This document shows positions 56,890-64,000 of a stretch of 64,000 nucleotides of DNA, in pieces (position 1 is the stretch's first letter; each line of letters starts with the position of its first letter). Origin of the DNA: Leucoraja ocellata. Its lineage: Eukaryota. Below the pieces are notes generated by a model. It was given only the letters and a program-made list of their open reading frames with translations, was not told where the DNA came from and ran no database searches. The DNA lies in assembly GCA_036785375.1 (NCBI GenBank), contig JAWMAR010000256.1, positions 1,674,001-1,738,000 on the forward strand. Reading direction: 5' to 3'. A program made the position numbers and the translations under genes.

Positions 56890-59050
56890 GGAAAATGGTT
56901 TTGAATGTAGGAAAATGTGAGGTTATAAACCTTGGTAGGTGAAATCAAAAGATAGACTATTATCTGAATAGGGAAAGATGACACATGAGTGGTATGGAAG
57001 CATCTAGGTGTCCTCGTGAATTAAAAGTGAGCCTGTAGGTAAAGTAATTTAATGTATATTGGCCTTTGTGCTAAGGTTTGAACATGCAAAATTGAGACAT
57101 TTTGCTACATAGTGCTGGTTGCTGATAAGGTTACATTTGAAGTACAGTGTACAAATTTGGTCCCCTTATTTAACAAAAGATATACAAGCATTGAAGGGAG
57201 TCCAGATGAAATTCACTTGGCTAATTCTTGATATGAAAGGGATGTCTTATCATGAACAACTAGAAAAGCTAGATTATAATATTTCCTGGAGTTTAGAAGT
57301 ATAAAGAATGATCTTTCTGTAACATATAAAATGCTCAGGAGGCATGGAAAGGTGAATGTTAAGATATTTCAACGAAAATGAATATCTTATACAACAAGAC
57401 AAAGTTACAAGATAGAAGGGAAGTTATTTAAAAGTGGGCTGAGTGGTAATTTCTTCTTGCAGGGTGTGTGAATCTCTGGAATTTGCTACCACTGAAAGTT
57501 TAAAGCTAGATCGCTGGAAGTATTTAAAAGAGGAGGACTGGGGCCAAGGCTTTTTTGTGCTGGCACAGAGAAGCCTCTGAGAGTATGAAATCAGCCATGA
57601 TCATATTGAATCGTATGGGATCCAATGAGAGATAGCTGAATGGATAGAAATTTGCCTTCATGGAAGGAAGCAGAAGATAATGATGGAAGGTTGCTTCTCG
57701 GACTGGAGGCCTATGAATAGTTGTGTGCCGCAGGGTTTGGGCTGGGCCCATGACTTTGTCATCAACATCAATGATTTGGATGAGAACATACAGTGCAAGA
57801 TTAGCAAGTTTGCAGATGATACAAAATTGAGTGGTTTTGCGGATAGTAAAGATGGTTGTGAAAAATTGCAGCAGGATCGTGATCGATTGGCCAGGTGGGC
57901 TGAGAAATGGTTGATGGAATTTAATACAGAGAAATGTGAGGTTGCATTTTGAGAAGTATTACATGGGCAGGACATACACAGTGAATGGTAGGGGTCTGGA
58001 GAGTGTTGTAGAGCAGAGGGATCTAGTTGTGCAGGTGCATGTTTCCTTGAAGATGGAGTCGCAGGTAGATATGGTGGTCAAAAGGTATTTTGGCACATTA
58101 GTCTTTATCAGTCAGAATATTGTATAGAAGTTGGGAGATCATGTTGCAGTTGCATAGGACATTGGTGAGGCTGAATTTATAGTATTGTCAGTTCTGGGCA
58201 GCAGAAACATAGACATAGAACAGTGGACATAGAAATATAGAGAAACATAGAAAGTAGGTGCAGGAGGAGGCCATTCGGCCCTTTGAGCCAGCACCGCCAT
58301 TCATTGTGATCATGGATAATCGTCCCCAATCAATAATCTGTGCCTGCCTTCTCCCCATATCCCTTGATCCATTAGCCCCTGGAGCTCTATCGAACTCTCT
58401 CTTAAACCCATCCAGTGATTTGGCCTCCACTGCCCTCTGTGGCAGGGAATTCCACAAATTCACAACTCTCAGGGTGAAAAGGTTTTTTCTCACCTCAGTC
58501 TTAAATGGCCTCCCCTTTTTTATAAGACAGTGGGCCTTGGTTCTGGGCTCGTCCAACATTGGGAACATTTTTCCTGCATCTAGCATGTCCAGTCCTTTTA
58601 TAATTTTATATGTTTCTATAAGATCCTCCCTCATCCTTTTAAACTCCAGTGATATAAACCTAGTCTTTTCAATCTTTCCTCATATGACAGTCCCGCCATC
58701 CTAGGGATCAATCTCGTGATCCTACACTGCACTGCCTCAATCACAAGGGTGTCCTTCCTCAAATTAGGAGACCAAAACTGTATAAAGAAATAGGTTTAAG
58801 GTGAAGGGGAAAAGATTTAATAAGAATCTGAGGGATAACATTTTCACACAAGGGGAAGTGGGTGTGGATGAGGTCGTTGAGACAGGGACAATCCCAACAT
58901 TTAAGAAACAGTCAGACAGATAGGACAGGCTTGAAGGGATGAGGATCAAATGCAGGCAGGTGGGATTAATGTAGCTGGAACATGTTGGCCAGTGTGGGCA
59001 AGTTGGGCTGAAGGGCCTGTTTCCACACTGTATCACTCTTTGACTCTATG
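56890..59050 (+). mobile_element. Two old plus-strand CR1 remnants (56890-57610, 57610-59050)
   Basis: LIRLHLKYSVQIWSPYL; SDWRPMNSCVPQG, KFADDTKL, WLMEFNTEKCEV. Confidence 0.82.
58205..58782 (-). mobile_element. CR1 3' fragment nested in the opposite orientation
   Basis: MREDLIETYKIIKGLDMLDAGKMFP; (ACATAGA)-type tail. Confidence 0.9.
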
Positions 59051-59599
59051 TAAGGTGGGGCAGGCTTGAGGGACCAGGTAGTCAACTCCTCCCATGTTCT
59101 TGTTTTCTTCTGTCCTTGTGTTAAACGGGAGAAAAGAATGATAAGGATAGATAAGTAAATTCAGACCAAGTATTCGATTTCTATGTGGTTTAATTCTGGT
59201 TATGCTTATCACCTGTGCATTCAAGTACACCTTCAAATGTTGTTACCATTTATCTAGGATTTCTGAATTAATTGGATAAGATGCAATGAGAATGTGCCTT
59301 TGATGCAGTCATGACTTTAAAGATGTTGCTTAAACCAATTTAAGCATGACAAATATTTTCAGTGCAGAAAGCTGGTTAAACCTTGAGAGTGCTTGCTAAG
59401 TTATGCACAGCTCAATCCACAGTTATCAACAGTGGATTCCTTTCTTAATTTTCTCACTGAAAACAAAAGTCATAAAACATTTTTTAAAAAATCAGCTTGC
59501 TTTACTGATCTGAATTAACATTAGCTTGCTTTACTGAATATAAAACAAAATAGAAGCAGAAGTGACTGCAGCACTCCACACACAGTCTACAGTTCAATG

Positions 59600-60155
59600 A
59601 GTGTAGGAAGGAACTGCAGGGGCTGGATTACACTGAAGATAGACACAAAAAGCTGGACTCAGTGGGTCAAAGCCCTGTCCCACGGTACGAGTTCATTCCA
59701 AGAGCTCTCAGGAGTTTGCCCTGATTCGAACTCTGAGATTTACTGTAATGGCCACTCGGGACTCTCGTGGACATTTTTCAGCATGTTGAAAAATCTTCAC
59801 GAGTCTTCCCGTGCTTACCTGCCGTTAGCGCGTCTTCCCAAGTGCCTGCCGTTAGCGCTAAGAGACGTCCCTGAGCTCCGACATACCCGCTATGTTCATT
59901 CTCCGTGTTTACCACGAGATTGATTTTTTAAAAACTCGGGAGAGCTCTTAGAATGAACTCGTACCTTGGGACATGGCTTTCAGGCTATATCCCTGAAGAT
60001 AAGGAGTAGGTGATGTTTCAGGTCGAAACCCTTCTTCAGACTGGTCTGAGGAAGTTGTTCAGAATCTGAAGAAGGGTCTTGACCCGAAACTTCATCTATT
60101 ACTTTTCTCCAGGGAAGTTGCCTGACCCACTGAGATACTTCATCTTTTTGTGTCA
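59600..60155. mobile_element. Penelope-derived element with inverted pLTR arms and two back-to-back hammerhead-type cores
   Basis: Cores at 60012-60039 (minus) and 60066-60093 (plus); the left arm is interrupted by MITE C. Confidence 0.8.
59670..59979. mobile_element. PIF/Harbinger-like MITE C
   Basis: ~45-bp TIR AAGCC(C/A)TGTCCCA(C/A)GGTACGAGTTCATTC...; TSD TCA. Confidence 0.85.
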
Positions 60156-61646
60156 ATCCACAGTTCAATGATCTGCTCCAGACCTCATCACCTTTTCTTT
60201 GCCCATTCCCACCATCTCTCAATTTCATGATTTTTCAAAAATATATTTACTTCCCCTCTAAATATCCCCATTGATCATTCTCCACAACTCTTTGGTGTAG
60301 AAAGTTTCAGAGCTTTAGTGTCCTCTGTCGGAACTTCTGGAACCTCAGTTTAAAATGATCATCCCCTTACCTTGTGGCTCTGCCCCCTCATTCGAGAATC
60401 CTCCACTCATGGAAAAAAGTCATCATCTGCCATGTTATGCCTCCTATAAATCTTATATCATTCGTTAAGATCATCCCAATTCTTCTAAACTCCAAAGATC
60501 CCGTTTACCAGTTTTTGTTGTATTAATTCTGTATATTGAATTATTTACTCTAACCTCTAGGAACTCTATAAATAACAAGGGATCAAACTTTGCAAAGAAC
60601 CCCATAATAGTTGTGTTAATTATTGTTAAAAGGAAAGAAAAAATCAAAAGGTGGTTAATTGATGGACTATATATACTATTGCACTTTGTGGGCCTTTGGG
60701 AAGACACTGCAGCAACAATGACTCAAAATGACTTAAACTTCATGTTTATCAAAGGTGTAAGGCTCAAGAAATTAGCCAGGAAAATCAGAGTTGGAGGAAG
60801 AGAAGGTGGATTTTGTGCAGGTTTGAGGTAATGAAAGCAGTGAACAGGATGTGCACTAAAGAATCAGTTGGAATAAAGGAGTGAATAAAGATGTTAGCTA
60901 TTCACAATGTACATGTGAAAGTAAGTGACTATGATATTGCTCATGATTCCTGCATTTGCCGTCTCCTGTGCATCCACAACTCAACCTCACTTCTGTTATG
61001 AATGCCGATTATTGATCATTCACCTTAGCAGGGGGCCGCATCTACCAGACAAATGACTTTCTGTTTTGAGTTTGACGTCAGAACTTAAAAAAGTGAATCC
61101 TCTGAGGAATCATATCTTTTTTTGCACCTTGACAATAACAGTAGACAGCTCTATTCGAGGCACAAAGGAACTGGCTTGTTAGCAATCTCATCCAAGATTT
61201 ACTGAATGAGCTGTTCAAGGTGTTAACATTTTAGGACAATAGGAGCTTTTTGACCTCACTTCGATGATTTCAATAGTAGTCACATACGAGTTATTGGGGT
61301 AAAAAGCTGTATCCTTGCACACGATTGATTCATCACAAAGAAATGTACATACAGAAGGGAAGAAAATCATTTGATTGCCAGCTCTGCTAAAAAAAAATTG
61401 GAAAAATAGAAAGTCAAAGTTTGTGATGTCAATTGTTTTGTTTAGAGAGGCCACAAAAGCAATTAAAGCAGAACTCAGTTAATATAGGTTGCATTCGTTA
61501 TGAAAATGTAGACAGATATGTAAAATGTATAGGTAGTTTCCTGATGAAATTTGCATACTCACATACAAAATTAATGTTTGGCAGAATGAATAAGAGTATG
61601 AATTAAATATTAGAATCGTAGGATTGTTGCAGAACAGAATGTAGAG

Positions 61647-61722
61647 TCTATGACAGGTACAATAATTCTGTCAGACCCATAATTAGTATCTATGACAGGT
61701 ACAATAATTGTGGCAGACCCAT
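61647..61722. repeat. Local direct duplication (34 bp, 42-bp period)
   Basis: TCTATGACAGGTACAATAATT(C/G)TG(T/G)CAGACCCAT occurs twice. Confidence 0.85.
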
Positions 61723-61729
61723 TCCCTCA

Positions 61730-63190
61730 TTCTTTCCCTATAATCAGGAAAATAATTCTCTCTGAAGTTCCATCCAAGCCCCATTTAAGGCACTGATTGA
61801 TTCTGCTACACATCGTGAATTTCAGACCATAACAATTTTCTGAACGTTTTTTGTCCCTCATATCCCACTTTAAACTTTTGTCCAAAATGTTAAATGTATA
61901 CTCTCTAGTTCTTTGAACTAGTCACTAATGGGAATATCACCTCTCAATTTATGTTACCTAAGCCGATCATGCTGTTATTGGTCAAATAACATTTTGACCA
62001 ATTTATGTTCCAGCCAAAACAACCTTAGTTACTCCATTCTAATCTCCTCACTCTAATTCCTCATTTCTGAGACAACTCCATTAATTCTTTTCTATTCAAT
62101 TTCTTCTGCTAGTACATCCTCCCCAAGGTACACTGACCAGTATTAGATGCAATATTCCCGTTGTGGCTTAATTAGTATTTTGTACAGATTCAGCATCTCT
62201 GTTTTTGTGCTCCAGGCCTTTATACTGTATATGAATACCAGATCTTATATCCTTTACTAAGCATTCTCACAAAATTCCCTCCCATTCCAAGGATAATACA
62301 CATGTACACTCAAGTTATTTCTTCCTGCACACCATTTAGAACTTTGCCAATTATTCCATTTTGTCTTATTCTTTTTCCCAAATGGCATAATATCATACTT
62401 TTCTGTATCAAGTTTTATATAAATTTATCGGCCAATTTGGAAGACTATCCATATCTTCATCTAGTTTATAGTTATCTTTCTCAGTGTTTTTCGCATTTCA
62501 AAACTTAGTGTCATGGGCACATTTGGAAATGTAACCATGTACACTTATATGTAGGTCATGAATTGATGTGAAAAAGCAGTGGCTAATGCTGGGGAACACT
62601 AATGTCTCCCATTGTCTGAACTAAATAACCATTTATCACTACTCAATCATAGAGTCACGCAACGTGGAAAAAACCAGCAGCCCATCGGGAGTCCACCAAC
62701 CATCAAGTACACATTTTGGCTATTCCTACCGTAACTCATTTTATTTTCACCATCAACTTCTTTATCTATGCATAAGGCTATTTTATAGTAACAACCGATA
62801 TGTCTCGGGATGTGGGGCGAAATGAGAGCACTCTGAAGGGGCTCAACCAGTCACTGGGAAAGTATGCAAACTGTACAAGGGCAGCAGCACTGTTGGTCTG
62901 AACTGAATCTGAGAAACTTAAGGCAGCTGCATCTACTCTCTACTGCCTGCCTTTAAGGCATTTTTTTAAATCCGTGCTTTTTATCAAAGCACTTCTGAAA
63001 ATCTATATGCATTAATCTATTGCATTACCCATCATTGTCCTTCCATATTACTTCATCTAAAATTTCTATCAGATTAATTAAATATGAATTCCATTTAATA
63101 AATTATGCTGCCTACTTCTTTCCCATCTCAAATGTCTCCAAGTGTATATTAATCTTTTTCTAATTTATTGTTTCCAAAATCTTCACTACA
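61730..63190 (-). mobile_element. Ancient CR1 remnant with a nested degraded SINE (about 62645-62945)
   Basis: Faint ORF2 signatures in collinear order (TTAGTGTCATGGGCACATTTGG = FADD region; GGGGAACAC = GVPQ region). Confidence 0.6.
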
Positions 63191-63219
63191 TGCAAGATTG
63201 AACTCAGTGATGACATAAA

Positions 63220-63700
63220 GTCAGAGAGTCCTACAGCGTGAAAAACAGGTCCTTTGGCCCAACATGCCCACACTGGCCATAACTCTCGAAATCTATCTTA
63301 TCCATGCACCTGTCCAAATGTTGATTGTGTGATGATAGTACTTGCCTCACCTACATCATTGGGCTTAGTCCATATACCCACCACCCTTAGTGTAAAAAAG
63401 TTACCCATCAGGTTCCTATTAAATCTTTCCCCACTCACCTTACTGATGTCTTCTGGTTCTCGATTCCCCTACTCTGGAGGTGTATAAAAGCATGAGAGGA
63501 ATAGATCGGGTAAATGTACAGCGCCTTTTGTCCAGAGTAGGGGAATTGAAAACCTGAGTTTAAGGTTGGGGGGAAAGATTTAATAGGAACCTGATGGGTA
63601 ACTTTTTAACACTAAGGGTGGTGGGAAAACCACCTAGTTTAGTTAATCTGCAAACTTGCTAATCATGCCTTGTACATTCCATTTCAAATCATTGATATAG
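63220..63700 (-). mobile_element. CR1 3' end with an internal inverted duplication
   Basis: Arms 63377-63478 and 63531-63625 are reverse complements. Confidence 0.85.
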
Positions 63701-63702
63701 AT

Positions 63703-64000
63703 CAGCACCCCCAAACGTTTCAGCATGAGGGCCACATTATATATTTGGCACATTTTTGCAGACCATACACACACACACACACTCACACACACTCACACAC
63801 ACACTCACACACACTCACACACACTCACATCCACACACCCACCGCTGTCGTCGATCTTCACCGTCTTCCCAGGGCAATCAACAGTAACCTGTCAGCAGCT
63901 GCATATAAACCCTCTACTTGATAGCCTAGGGCAAACTGACGTGTAAGTACCCGCACTACCACAGAACCCGCTAAATAGCCTGCCGCACGGAACGTGTTAA
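63703..64000. mobile_element. Possible hAT-type MITE start containing a (CA)n/(CACT) microsatellite (63767-63837); runs off the window
   Basis: CAGCACCCCCAAAC...GAGGGCCACAT resembles hAT/Charlie-type ends; the other end is not visible. Confidence 0.4.

Noticed and set aside
61215-61454. 79-aa minus-strand ORF with a polypyrimidine-AG as a host exon
   Set aside because: No recognisable domain or supporting neighbouring exons.

Overview
This is eukaryotic, repeat-dense, apparently non-genic DNA (intergenic or deep intronic). The repeat content points to a cartilaginous fish, most likely a skate or ray (inference): HE1-type tRNA/V-domain SINEs with CR1-derived tails, HER1/CR1 LINEs and elasmobranch-type Penelope derivatives. 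I recognised no host-gene exon, rRNA, true tRNA or CRISPR array. Every long ORF is a retroelement fragment or a repeat artefact. The window holds many 5'-truncated CR1 LINEs (three with long open RT frames), about 10 SINEs, Penelope-like elements carrying minimal hammerhead-type cores, a Gypsy LTR-PBS-gag stub, a solo LTR, a DIRS tyrosine-recombinase remnant, an RT-deleted HERO-like element, a Tx1-like 3' end, Rex1/Babar-derived non-autonomous elements, three Harbinger-like MITEs, a Zisupton-like element, a head-to-tail Helitron-like array and one 130-N gap. The best candidate for something undescribed is a 3-kb TIR element (17102-20113, 8-bp TSD). It encodes a spliced two-exon THAP domain missed by the ORF track and carries what looks like a P-element-type excision footprint of its own family. 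A second candidate is a Rex1-derived SINE-like family whose 5' hairpin keeps its structure across very different sequences. All family names come from motif recall, not database searches, and boundaries of degraded copies are approximate.
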